From Octopus bimaculoides (taxonomy: Eukaryota), in assembly GCF_001194135.2 (NCBI RefSeq), contig NC_068993.1:36489536-36553535 (forward strand): DNA of 64,000 nucleotides, given 5' to 3'. A model generated the notes under the pieces. That model was not told the DNA's origin and did no database searches. It was given only the letters and a program-made list of their open reading frames with translations. Below are positions 38,003 to 51,626 of the stretch, in pieces. The number at the start of each line of letters is the position of its first letter. The stretch's first letter is position 1. Made by a program: the position numbers and the translations under genes.

Positions 38003-38195
38003 TATGGGAGAATGTACGAAAAAAAACAACAACAGACGAGGACAGGTGGTGTAAACAACAAAAGGATGTATTAGTTTGATGCTTGGGAATACAGAAAGTC
38101 TTTAACGTTTTGAGCTACGCTCTTCAACAGAAAGAATACGGAGAAAACAAGGAGAAAAAAAATTGAATGGTGTTTGGTCAGCGATTAATCATGGC
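38003..38195 (-). mobile_element. Putative Penelope-like terminal fragment with degenerate hammerhead-like core
   Basis: The minus strand reads ctgTTGAAGAgcgtagctcAAAACgtt. The classification is inferred. Confidence 0.35.
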
Positions 38196-38434
38196 GTATA
38201 TATATATATATATATATATATACAGAGAGAGAGAGAATTTGGAATCTTTTAGCATGTGTGCTAGCCTGTCGAAATACTCACCAGTTGCCCTTAATGTAGT
38301 TTTATAATTATACTTATAAAATTATGTACTCTATTAATCTTTACCTTAACTGGTTATTACATGCTAATTACCTGATAAAATCACATATAGATTTTATCCT
38401 TGATTTTAATTAATATATATATATATATATATAT

Positions 38435-38783
38435 CACTGAGGCGATGACTACTGACCGAGACCTTTGGAAATGTGCTGTGCGTGAGAAGACCCAGCAAGC
38501 CAAGTAAGATCGTTGCCAGTGCCCCTGGACTGGCTCTTGTGCAGGTGGCACATAAAAGACACCATTTCGAGCGTGGACGTTTTTGTGCGGGTGACACGTA
38601 AAAGCACCCACTACACTCTCTGAGTGGTTGGCATTAGGAAGGGCATCCAGCTGTAGAAACTCTGCCAAATTAGATTGGAGCCTGGTGTTGCCATCCGGTT
38701 TCACCAGTCCTCAGTCAAATTGTCCAACCCATGCTAGCATGGAAAGCGGACGTTAAACAATGATGATGATGATGATGATGATA
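38435..38783 (+). mobile_element. RTE LINE 3' end (young subfamily)
   Basis: Same ORF end (AMTTDRDLWKCAVREKTQQAK*) as the 6669 copy, with one hairpin unit and a (GAT)n tail. Confidence 0.88.
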
Positions 38784-39559
38784 TATATATATATATGCAT
38801 GTGCAATGTCTTTCTCTTTCTTTGGAATGCTCTTACAGTTTACTAACAATAATTTTTAATTTAGACACAGAGGCTGAAACTGGGTGGGAGAGGGTACAAC
38901 AGTCAGTTATATTGACCCAGTACTTAACTGGGGTATCTTATGCTCTCAACCTCAGAGGGATGAAAGGCAAAAACAATGCCAGTGAGGTTTGAAATTAAAA
39001 CATAGAGAACCATAGCAAACACTGCAAGGCATTTTGTTCAATACTCTAATGATTCTGCCATTACAATAAAGAAAAAAAAAACAAGTATGAGAGATAGAGA
39101 GAGATAGTAATACATATGGGAAAAAGTAGAGACCGAAAGAGATAATAGAAAAGAGAGTACAAACACTGCTATTATCGAGCCATACACACAAGTAATGTTT
39201 GGTACCCTCTACCATACTTTTATGCAGTTGCAACCAAACAAACTCTTGGTCATTTTCACTCTTCACGTAGCAAAATATCAAGGATGTGACAGCTTCAAAG
39301 GAAAAGAACTGTACCCATGAATTTCTAATCATGAGCTATATAACTTAACCACTGGGCTACCCATATTCTCCTTGGTCATATTAAAGTAGTAATGTATAAT
39401 AAGGTATGGTGAGCCATTGGTTTGGTTTAACATACTTAAATGTTTTAAGCTGTTGTCATTTGGAAGGAAAGGTATGGATAGAATTCATATTAGTTGACTA
39501 TTGTTTTGTACTTCTGCAATTTTTCAGAGAATATAGAGGGATAACATAATGATGATGAT

Positions 39560-40880
39560 GATGATAATAATAATAATTTTAGCACAAGACCAGTAGTTTT
39601 GAGGGGATGGAGCAAGTTGATTACATTGACCCCAAAAAGATGAAAGGCAAAGTTGACCTTGGTGGGATTTGAACTTAGAACATAGTCAGTAAAAAAATGC
39701 TACTAAGCATTTTGCATGAAGTGCTAACAATTCTGCCAACTCACTACCTTAATGATAATAACGATGATGATGATGGCAATAACAGGGTGAGGGTACATAA
39801 CAATAATAATAATAATCCTTTCTATTATAGACACAAGGCTTGAAATTTGGGGGAGGGGATAGTCAATTACAACAACCCCAGTATTTGACTGGTACTTAAT
39901 TTATCAACCCCGAAAGGATGAAAAGCAAAGTTAACCTCGGAATGTAGTGACAGGTGAAATACCACTAAGCATTTAGATTGGAGCCTGGTGCAGCCTTCTG
40001 GCTTGCCAGTCCTCAGTCAAATCGTCCAACCCATGCTAGCATGGAAACCAGACGTTAAACGATGACGATGATGATTTCATCCAGTGTGCTATCAATTCTG
40101 CCAGTTTGCCACCTTAACAATAATAATAATAATAATTAGGGCAATGATGGTGAGGGTACATGACGATAATAATCGCAGTAATAATTATGATGATGATTTC
40201 TTTTTTTGTTTTTTTAAATGATAATAATTGTTGGTAACATAGGCAAAATTCCAGAAATGTTGGGAGAAGGACTAGTTGATTAAAATAATCCCAGTACCTG
40301 ACTGGGACTTTATTGACCTCCAGAAGAATGAAAGGTAAATTTGACCTCAGTGAAATTTGAACTCAGAATCTCAAGAACTGAAAGAAATATGGTTCTAACA
40401 ATTCTGTCAAATAATTCCTCTGTCAATTTGTGTGTGTGTGTAGTGGGGGGTGGGGGGAGTGCTATTATATCTCCCTCCATACTGACCTTGATCAAATACA
40501 GTTAAATAATAATAATAATTTTATAATTTTGATACAAGGCCAGGAATTTTAATGAGAGGGAAACGTCAATTATATCGACTTCAATGTTCAACTGGTACTG
40601 ATTATTATCAACCCTAAAGGATGACAGATAATGTAGACCTAGGCAGGATTTGAACTTATGTACGTAAAGAACCAGAAGAATGTTACTAAGTATTTTTTCC
40701 TGACTAATGGTTCCGTCAATTTGCTACCTCTGTTTCCATGGTACAAGGCCTGAAATTGTGACAGGAAGGGAAATATGCAATTATATTAACCTCAGTACTT
40801 GATTGGTACTTTATTTTACTCATGCCAGAGAGATGAAAGTCAAAGATGACCTTAGAAGAATTTGAACTCAGAATGCATGA
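39560..40880 (-). mobile_element. Chain of about five same-orientation SINE family B copies, mostly separated by (AAT)n tracts
   Basis: The motif gatgaaaggcaaagttgacct..ggatttgaact(c/t)agaa recurs near 39640, 39915, 40325, 40620 and 40830. Confidence 0.8.
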
Positions 40881-42051
40881 GCTAGATTACTATTGTTGTT
40901 GTAGTTAAACTCTGGCTCATATCTGGTTATAAAGACATATTATTCAAATAAATACAAGTTGTGATCAACTTTTATTCAGTTTTTGTTCAAAGCAAAATGT
41001 ATCTTGGATATGCAGGGTGTGTCACAAAAACCTTACATATTTTTCAACAGCAAATATATGATATGCACCAAATCAAACCATGATGGTAACTAAAAGAAAA
41101 TGGTTAAGCATTAGCTACACAAAGACACTACTACCAGCTACCTAACTTCACTAGTGCCACACCAATGGCTGTCTAAAATATCAGAGGATTTTCTGCCAAA
41201 CCATATATTTGTTTCTCTTCCGAAACAGTAAAATGTAAATTGAGAGAAATTTAGCTGTTGTTTCTCACAGGCCACGTAATCACACAGAGAACACAACCAT
41301 CCTATGTTAGCATTGTTAATTATGTATAATTTAATAAATGTAAGAAAATAAATTTGGAGCAGTTAATTTTAAAATGCTGAAGTAACAGTCATCCACTAAT
41401 TATTAATAATTTACATTAATTAATACATATTTCAATACTGAGTCACCATTTCAATGTATTTGACTTGTTAATTATTGAATTTAAGAACATTTATTAATTA
41501 ATCTTTACAAATATATAAATTCTTACTTATACATGGAGAGTGAGGAGAGTACATGATCTTTTCCATAAATCATATTATGGGGGTTTCTTATCCATTTTAA
41601 TACTTATCTAAATCAATAGTGATTCCATATAATTCTTCAAGATTTTCAACACATCATCATCATCATTTAGTGTCCACTTTTCCATACTTGCTTGGGTCAG
41701 AAGGAATTTGTTGAGGCTGATTTTCTATGGCCAAATGTCCTTCCTATTGTTAACCTTCACTTCTTGCCAAGCAAGTTAATATTTTCCCATGACCACACAT
41801 GCTTTCACAGAAGACAGGAAACGAACAACAGTGCTTGTATGATGGTGATGCTCGTTTACAACCATCATATGACATGACGACAAGAGTATGCACACACATA
41901 TACACACACACACACACGACAAGCTTCAGTTTCTGTTGACTCAGTTGGCTTGGGGTTATAGTAGAAAATACTTGCCCAAGGTGCCATGCGATGTGACTAT
42001 ACCTGAGACCATGTAATTGGGAAGCAAGCTTCTTGGCCACACAACTACATC

Positions 42052-42087
<36 letters not shown>

Positions 42088-45000
42088 GGTATAACTGTTT
42101 GAAAAACTACTTTAGCAATGCAGGCAAGAAATTAAGTAAAATATGTATAAGGTGATGCCAAGAAATGAAGACAAAGATAAGCTTTTGTATTACCTTATGC
42201 AGCTTATTTAATGCTTCTAATATATTTTGGAGAAAGCTTCCATTTATCAAATATAAAACAGAAAATAATGCAAGAGCTAAGAGAGAAACTGTTATTACCG
42301 GCAAGCCATTTTGGTGTGTTGCTAAACCAAATTGAGTTGTGACAAAGCAGGCTTGAGAAGGTTCTTTATACTTGCTAATGGCAAGGCAACCTCTGTAGTA
42401 ATGGTACTATAGGAAAACCCACCTAGTACATTCTGTAAAGTGGTTATTGTTAAGGTGAGCATCCAGCCATAGAAACCATGCCAAAACTGAGACACTTGAG
42501 TAAGATGCCATCCTCCAACTTATTGGATCCTATCGAGCTGTCTCAACCCATGATGATGATATATATATGGTAAAAAGTTTGCTTCCTAAATGTATAGTTT
42601 TGGGTTCAGTCTCACTGCATGGCACTTTGGGCAAGTATCTTGTACTATAGTACCCCAGGCCAACAAAAGCTTTGTGAGTGGATTTGGTAGATGGAAACTG
42701 AAAGAAACCTGTCGTGTGTGTGTGTATATGTGCTTGTATGTGTATTACTGTCTCCTTACCTTGACATTGTATGGTGGTTGTAAACGAGTGTCACTGTTAT
42801 GCAAGTGGTGTCATTCATTTCCAATCTTCCATGAAAATATATCTGGACATAAGGAAAATATTACCTAACTGAGAGTTGGTGACAGGAAGGGCATCCAGCT
42901 CCATAGAAATTCTGCATCAATAAATTGTCTGATCCATGCAAGCATGGAAAAGTGGTCATTAAAACGATTATAATGTATATGTCAGTACTTCATAATTTCT
43001 AGCACATTCATATATTATAAAATTCTGAATAAATCACACAGACATGTGAGGAAACTAAACATGGAAGAATTATATAGGACATATTTTTTCATCTGGTAGA
43101 AATAACATATATATATATATATATACATAGATATTAAAGTTTTAAGGGGAAACTTTTTATGGGTTACCCATCTTCACAAAGAAAGCATCATGTTTAAAAG
43201 AAAAGTGAACTTTTCTTTTGGTAGGGTTTTGAATCAGCTACAGATGCCCTACAAATAAAACCATTTTGTTACCATATTTCTATTTATATATTCTGCATTT
43301 ATTTAATTTTGAAAATAATAAAGAATTTATTAAAGTAACTTTGTCATTATCAAGCTGGGTTTTAGCACTTAAATTTAACATGAAACTTTGTCTTAAAAGT
43401 AATCTAAATTAAATTTTTTCATCAGTTTGTATCAAAGAACCAGGGACTGTCTCAGACAGGTTGGTATCTAAAGAGTTGAGGACCTAGTAAGAGAGGTTAC
43501 TTCTATCTCTTAAACCTCTGATATAATAAGATTACATTCTTATTTAAGCAAAAGATTAAATTTTCAATGAATCAATGGATGAAAACTGCAAAAGAAACTT
43601 GTCATATGTGTGTGTGTGTGTGTGTGTGTGTGCTGGTGACATGTAAAAGGCAATTGTGCCAGTGACAGTTAAAGGGCACACACTATACTCTGGGAGTAGT
43701 TGACATTAAGAGGAGCATCCAGCTATGGAAATCGTACTAAACCAGACTGGAGCCTAGTACAGCTCTCCAGCTTACCACTTCTAGTCAAACTGTCTAACCC
43801 ATGCCAGCATTGAAAACAGCCACTAAATGATGATGATGATGATGATGAAGGGATGATGTCTGAATTGACTCCTGGTACATCATTACTTTTACTTAATCTA
43901 TCCAACTTGGCAGGATACAAAAGTAAAGTTGATCACTGCAAGTTTGGGGATTGAAACTAAGTATTTTATTGCATTTAGTGTAGAGTTTTGTTGTTCACAC
44001 CAGCTTTGCTGACCCTTTCTCTGGAATAGCCATAGTCTCTGATGCTCATTCAACAGTGCTGATCACACTTTGCATGACTAATTACATGTATCTCTCCAAT
44101 ATCACATTGGGAAACAGTAACGAGAGAATGTGTGTGTGAGAAAGGAAGGAAGAAAGGAAAGAGAGGGAGTAACACAATATAAGATGTGTGGAGGAAATAT
44201 GAAGAAAATGGTTTTACAAGAGCACTTCTCTCATATATTACAACAGTTAATACACTATACAGGTAACAACATATACAATGAAATCAACTCCTGTATATTT
44301 GGTCAAAGAATCCAGTGTGTATATGCTGCCAGAGTTGTGCACAAGCATTCAATAGACACTTATATCATACAATCATTCATCTACTTGTGATTACATATAT
44401 TTACACATAAGTTATGCTGACATACACACTCTCATATATATATGCGTGTGTGTTTGTATGCTCATATGCATTATTCTTTGTATAAACCTTTGCTCACATG
44501 TAATTCATTTTTACAAAGATACTTTATCAGCATCACACACACACATATATACTCACCCAAACACCCTTATAGATACATATGTGCATGTATGTGTATCTAT
44601 GTACAGAGTATAGGAGATCACCTTTGGAGTATAACTCATTAAACTATTTTATACACCTTTACTATCTTCATATAGGTCAGTGCTTGTTCTGACTAAAAAC
44701 CACAGTTGAACTTGTGTGTGTGTGTTTGGCCATGTGTGCATGTGTTGTCTACACATGCATAACCATAAATTGTTATAAAAATACTGAAAATGTAAATACC
44801 ATTTTGATGGTACAGCGGCATAGACTTATTTTACAGAAATTTGGTGAAATTTTATAGCATTGCATATTGATGAGACATAAAAAGAAAATTGTAGAAGAGT
44901 TAAGACCAATGAAAGGGGGCTTGTTTGTCTGAGTAAAATAGAATATTCAGTTCTGTGAAGTAGGAGTTCATTTGAGGACAGGGACAGATTTCAGATATGA

Positions 45001-45559
45001 CTGGCTTACATAATTTTTAAATGAGTTACAGATCTTTCCATTCTGAGTTCAAATCCCACAGAAGTCAGCTTTACCCTTCATCTTTGTGGGGTTAATAAAA
45101 TGTAGTACCAGTGAAGTACTGGGGTTGATGGTTTGATTACACCTATTATACTCAGAATTGCTGGTCTTGGGCCTAAACTGGAAACCAGACTTACTCTAAG
45201 CATGTACCTGTAGACTAGAAAATAACAGTCAGGCATGGGCTTGTACTATTAGCAGTCAATGTAATCCTGGATATGTAGAGTTCCTTGATTGTACTTAGCT
45301 GCATGTTCTCCTCTATCAGTGGTCAAGGTGATCCTGGAGCCTGTGGAGTTCCTTGACTGGCTTTAGCTGGAGGCCCTCTTGCATTAGGAGGACTGCTTCA
45401 AAGATGTGCTCACATATTTTGTATACTATTATCCTATTTTCCCTCATCTCCCTTTTTTCCACTCATCTTTTATAAAAAAACCCACCACCACCACCACCAC
45501 CGTACACTCAAATTGTAAACTATTCTTGTGATGTCTCCCTCAAATGATGCCTCTATGAC

Positions 45560-47400
45560 AACAGAAATCATTGTTATTATTATGGAAAATGGGACAATTT
45601 CCAACACAGGCAAAAAAGCCAACAATTTTAATAAGGGACAACAGTTAGTCATATCAAACCCAGTATGTGACTGGTATATTATTTTATCAACCCCACAAGG
45701 ATGACAGGCAATGATGACCATGGCGAAATTTGAGCTCAGAATGAAAAGAGGTGTAACTAAATACCACAAGGTATTATACCCAAAACTAATGATTCTGTCA
45801 ATCCACCACCTTAATTGTAATAATCATAATATAATAATAATAATAATAATAATAATGTTTAAGGCACACAACCACTAATTTGAGGAAAGGAATGTGGCTG
45901 ATTTAATCAACCAACCACAATGCTTGATTATTGGTTATTATACTGATCTTTGGAGGGATGAAAGAAAAAGTGAACTATGATGGGGTTTGAACTCAGAATC
46001 TAAAGGGATTTAGCAAACTATCACAATCCAGTGCCCTAACAGTTCTGCCATCAACCACAACAGTAATAGTAGTAGTAGTAATAATAATAATAATAATAAT
46101 AATGATGATGATTATTCCAAATTTTTGGCACACGGCCAGCAATTTTAGGGGAGGGGGTAAGTCAATTACATCAATCCCAGCTCACCACCTTAATAATAAT
46201 AATAATAACAATAATGATGACATTATGTGCATCTCTGATCATGAGTAGAAGTAGTGGGGAAGCATCATAGCCATGTGTTGATAGGAATTCTTTATGGTTT
46301 GAATAATTCACTTCTGGAAACATAGGTGTTTCGTTTAACATCCTTAAAGAATCCTTATTCAGGGACCTTTTGAGTGGAATGGGCTATTTGACCTGAAGAA
46401 AATTCTAACTGGTCCCCACTGGCAAGGTCATGCACTCTTTATCTTGATATGAGATCACCAAATCATATATATATGGTTGTGATGCATGTGCCTGGTGTAC
46501 CCTTATGAGACTGGTAGTCGTTTTGGGTATATTGGGCTTCGTATATTTGTACTCCAGTGTCACTTTGATGGTATGCACTGCTCTCTCACTCAGTAATAAT
46601 AATAATAGTTTCTGATATAAGCATAAGGCCTGAAATTTGGTGGTGGGGATACAATAACAATGACGATTGTTTCTGATTTAGGTGCAAAGCCAGCAGTTTT
46701 TAAAGAAGGAGGTAGTTGATACCATTGACCCCCTCCCCAGTTCTTGATTCGTACTTTTTTTTATCAACCTTAAAAGGAGGGAAGATAAAGTCGACCTCAA
46801 TGGGATTTGAAATCAGAATGGAAAGAGCTAGAACAAATACCACTAAGCTTTTTCTTCCGACACTTGTAACGATTCTGCATACCAACTGCCCTTATTAATA
46901 ATAATAATAATAATTATTACAAAAGCAGCACACTGGATGAAATTCTTAGTGGTTCATATTCCACTGAGGTTGATTTTGCCTTTCATCCTTTCTGGGTTGA
47001 TAAATTAAGTGCCTTTGAAACACTGGGGTCAATCGTAATCAACTAGTCCCCTCCCACAAAATTTCAGGCCTTGTGACTTTAGTAGAAAGGATTATTATTA
47101 TTCCACCGAGCTCCCCTCCCCACAAAATTTCAGGCCTTGTGCCCATAATAGAAAGGATTATTATTATTATTATTATTATTATTACTACTACTAAGGCAGT
47201 GAGCTAGCAGAATTGTTAGCATGTTGGACAAAATGCTTAATGGTATTTGTTCTTGCTCTTTGTTCTGATTTCAAATCCCTGCTGAGGTTGACTGTGCTTT
47301 TCATCTTTCTGGGCAGGTGGGTATGTCAATGTAACCAACTTACCTCTCTCACTAAAACTGCTGGCCTTATGCCAAAATCTTAAATTATTATAATTGTTAT
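45560..47400. mobile_element. Cluster of SINE family B copies in both orientations with (AAT)n/(ATT)n linkers
   Basis: Minus copies at ~45560-46200 and 46600-46890; plus copies at 46935-47165 and 47190-47395. Confidence 0.75.
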
Positions 47401-48026
47401 TTCTAACAGAGGCTTATGGTCATAGATATTTGGGTGACCAGTATAGTTGAGGAGTTCAACCTGTCCCTAATTTATCAAACATCTAACCCTCCCATCCCTG
47501 AAAGATAATGTAGACCTTCTTTAGGTTTGGACACAGAACATAAAGTAATCAGTCTTGTTCTGATTCCAGCAGATGCATTTCCATTTTATATTATTAATGA
47601 AGTGCAGCATAAATATCACACATTTTCTTTTCACTCCAAGCCCTACACTAATCACTACACCTAGTCTTTTCCCCCACAAGACGTCAGCACTCTGGAATTT
47701 CTTTTATGCTCATATCATTTTCACAGGGGCTGACTTAGAAAGGTTCTTCAATCTCATCAGTCTAGGAAGTCTTGCAGAGATCATCAAAGACCATGAGTAC
47801 TGTCCTTTCCCCCCAGACCTCGGAAGTTTTAAAAATATTAAAACCTACATGTATGTACATACAAAATGGAGTCTGAGAAAATTGATTTTGGTCTGTATCA
47901 GCTCTGACTACCATCAAGTTAGATATGTTTGTATGATGTTAGGGGAGAGATGACAGTTCTAATATATTGGGTCTATTTCTTCACCTGAAAGGAAAGAGAT
48001 TTTACATACATTCAAAAATATATGTA

Positions 48027-48432
48027 TGGGCATGGCTGTGTGGTAAGCAGCTTCAGTCCCAATCATATAATTTCAGGTTCAGTCCCACTGCATAGCATCT
48101 TGGGCAAATATCTTCTACTATAGCCCCAAGCTGACTAAAGCCTTGTGAGTGGATTTGGTACACAGAAACTGTGTAGAAGTTAGTAGAAAGTGTGTATATA
48201 TATAATGCGTGTATCTGCTTGTCTCCTCACTACTTAACACCTGATTCATAAGCTTGTTATGTAACCATGTGGTTTATTTACATCCCTGTAACTTAGTGGT
48301 TCAGCAAAAGAGACTGACAGAATAAGTACCATACTTAAACAAAAATAAATTAGTACTGGGGGTCAATTTGTCCAACTAAATTCTTTAAGGATGTACTGTA
48401 TCATGGCTGTCCAATGACTGAAATGAAAGATA
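48027..48432 (+). mobile_element. SINE family A, full length
   Basis: Runs from head ggctgtgtggtaagcagc to tail gactgaaatgaaagata. Confidence 0.85.
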
Positions 48433-51400
48433 TGCACACACATGCATGTAAATGGTAGTCGTGAAAGAGATTAGGATGTATATTTTTATTATTATTTTGC
48501 TATTTCTGTTAATTCTCTACTTCCCTTTTTGTTGCTTTCAACTATTACTCTATCATCATGGTGTTTATGTGAAGAGACATGGTTAGTCATTGTTCTCCCA
48601 CACCACCACACACTCTTACCATCACCATCTTTACTGTTATCCTTTCACCAGTCAATCACCATTTTTCAAATCATTGTTGACTCCCCACCCACACACATCT
48701 TACTCATTCTTTCATCATCCTGTCTTCACCCAGCATGAAGCCACCTATCACTGTTTCTCTTCTATTACTCCCTCCTCAATAATCCAAATAACTATCTAAT
48801 CTATTCATACTTATGCTCATACTCACTCTATTATGTCTACATTGAATAGATAACTTAGGAGTAGTAAGGTACCTTTAGTCATCAACCTCTCTATGCTGGT
48901 GTCACTAATTGATGCAGTTTGTAAAATGATTGATGAATGAACAGAGATGTGAGAACTCTTTAATCTTGCTGAGGCAAGACATCTCCTCTAGTGCTGGTGC
49001 TACAATAAAATGCACCTAGTCCACTGTAAAGGGATTGATGTTGGAAAGGGCATCCAACCAAATGACATGTATAAGTGAAATGTGGATGTCAATGCATCTA
49101 GGAAGGCAGAAACTCCAAATGAGAACTGATCCAGACTGTCACAACTTGTCCAACCCATGCCAGCATGGAAAATAGACATAAAATGATGTTAAAGATGATA
49201 GTAAGTGCAATGACTTACAACTTAAATTGATGAATTGTCAGAATTCTTCGTAAATGTTTATTAAGTGAACCTTTTTCATTAATGTTGTCAATGCACCTAC
49301 TAAAAGCAAGAATGGTGAATAATGGAATTGAGAGAGCAGTTTCAGTTAGTGATTGATTGATTGATGTTCGATTGATTAAATAATGATCAATTTGACTAAT
49401 GTTACCTCTACAATTTATAGCCTTCAACCAGTGTCATAAATCTATGCCAAATAAAAGTCAAGTTCATTAAGCATGTCTACGAGTGCAGAGATGGGCCAGG
49501 TGATTCATAAGTTTATGTAATCAAGTGGTTTTGGATTCAGTCTTGTGTGGCACCTTGAACAAATGTCTTCTACATAAGTAAACTTGTGAGTGGAATTGGA
49601 TTGTTAACCTGAGGTTAATCTTGATAGAGCAAAACTTATGGTCAGAGGCTGTCCATCAGTGACCATGCCATCTGTTTTGGGTGTGTGACAGAATTACATT
49701 AACATATCTTTTCTCATTATAGATAATGTGATTTGTGAGAGATTTGACTGCGATTTGCAGCAGATCAGGTGCGAAAGTGAAATTGAGTAAATGGAAGCTG
49801 TACCACACCCTTGTTCGTGGGTAGATTTAATCCATCACCCTTACACCTACCACCACCTAATCATTGGATACATTCAGCAGAGTTCACCCTTATTGCATTC
49901 AGGGCATTCTAGTAAGCCCTGAAAAACAATACAGAAGTGGTGCCATGGATAGATGCTCTCCATTTTCTTCACAAAACTATAAGACAACAATTAGAAAACT
50001 AAAAGAAAAAAAAATTGTAACTACCATTTTTGCCAACAATCCTAATTGGCACAAAGTAACACATTTTGGGAAAGAATAAAAGTGATTGAATAACCCCCTT
50101 CTTGGATTTAGCATGGATTCTTTAAATTCTCCCTTTCTTTCTTTTATTATTTTTTTCAAAGAAAAACTTTCCTTCTTATGTTCTGGATATCAGAGATTTG
50201 GAATCTTAGAAACATACAAAGGAAAAATGTTTAAGAATAACCAGGGAAGATATTGTTGTGTGGCTGAGAAGTTTGCTTCACAACCAAGTTGTTTCAGGTT
50301 CAGTCCCATTGTGTGGCAACTTGGGTAATTACCTCCTACTATGGGTTTGTAAGTGGACTCAGTAGATAGAAATTGTGTGGAAGCCAGTCATATATATATA
50401 TATATGTATGTATGTGTATATTATATATACATATATTATGAATTTGCTTAGGGATAGCGATACTAATAACCTGTTGTTAGAACTTATGCTTTAGAGTAAA
50501 GTTAGGTCAGTACAGAGCATAATATCAATTATTTAATGACAAAAGAACAGGAGTCACATGATCATTTTCATTAACAAAGTCTTTTGTCATTTACTAATTA
50601 AGACATATGTGTATGTGCATAAATATATATGAGTGTGTGTGTTTGTCTCCCACTGTTTCACAAATAGTGTAGGCTTGTTTATGCTCTCATAACTTAGTGA
50701 TTTGGCAGAAAGACAGAACAAGTACAGGAGTCAATATGATTGACTAAAAATCCCCAACATGGTCACATCATTATGACTGAAGCAAGTGAAGGAAAATGTC
50801 TTTTTCTAATCAGAAACTGGTTAAGGTGAAAGGATTTAAAGCTGCAAAACACACACACACATATATATTGTATATATACACACACACAAAAATATATTTC
50901 ATTTGCACTTTAATTACTAAATTTAGAAAGAATCATTATTTTTAGCTTGTCTGTGGATGACAGAATTGTGCTGGCTGTTTTGTTACAACTCTTTATTTTT
51001 TAATTTCAAATTCCACTAAGACCAATTTTGTCTTTCATCATTGATAAAATTATTAAAAAAAAACAAAAAACAATATTCTGAGGTTAATGAAGTTGACTTT
51101 TACCTATTTTTTTTCTTTAGAAATATACCATTTAAAAGAAAAAAAAAATTCATGTTTCTGGGTTTGATAAAACATGTACCAGTCATCTACTAGGGCTTTC
51201 TGTTTGGTTACTCCCTTCTCCAAAATATGTGACCTGGTGCCAATATTTTAAAATCATGATTACTACTAGTATTATTTAATGCTTTTGACAGAGTAATTTT
51301 CAGGGTAGTTTATTTTATCAACCTAGCAGAGTTGAAAGGTAAAGTTCAGCTAGGCAGGATTTGAACTCAGAAACCAGAACAAATACTGACAATTTATAAG

Positions 51401-51534
51401 TGATGCTGCTGGTTTTGGTAAAAAATAATTCTGAAAAACTTGGATACACGTGGGTAATTGTGTAAGGATGTGTATTTGTTGGATGGTGTAAATACTTGTA
51501 AATTTAAGTGTGTGTGTGTGTGTATGTATGTGTA

Positions 51535-51626
51535 TATATATATCGATTTAAATAAGAGCTAAAATATGATCTATTGTAAAAAAAAAATGGATCATCTTTT
51601 AGCTCTTATTTAAATCGATATATATA
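51535..51626. repeat. Near-perfect 92-nt hairpin
   Basis: 30-bp perfect arms 51535-51564/51597-51626, extending to 41 bp with one mismatch and one G-T; 10-nt loop. Confidence 0.95.

Noticed and set aside
47573-47953. 126-aa plus-strand ORF in the intergenic region
   Set aside because: No recognisable domain or splice context; length compatible with chance.
50535-50591. 12-bp inverted repeat aatgacaaaaga/tcttttgtcatt
   Set aside because: Short AT-rich arms with a 33-nt spacer; too weak to report as a structure.
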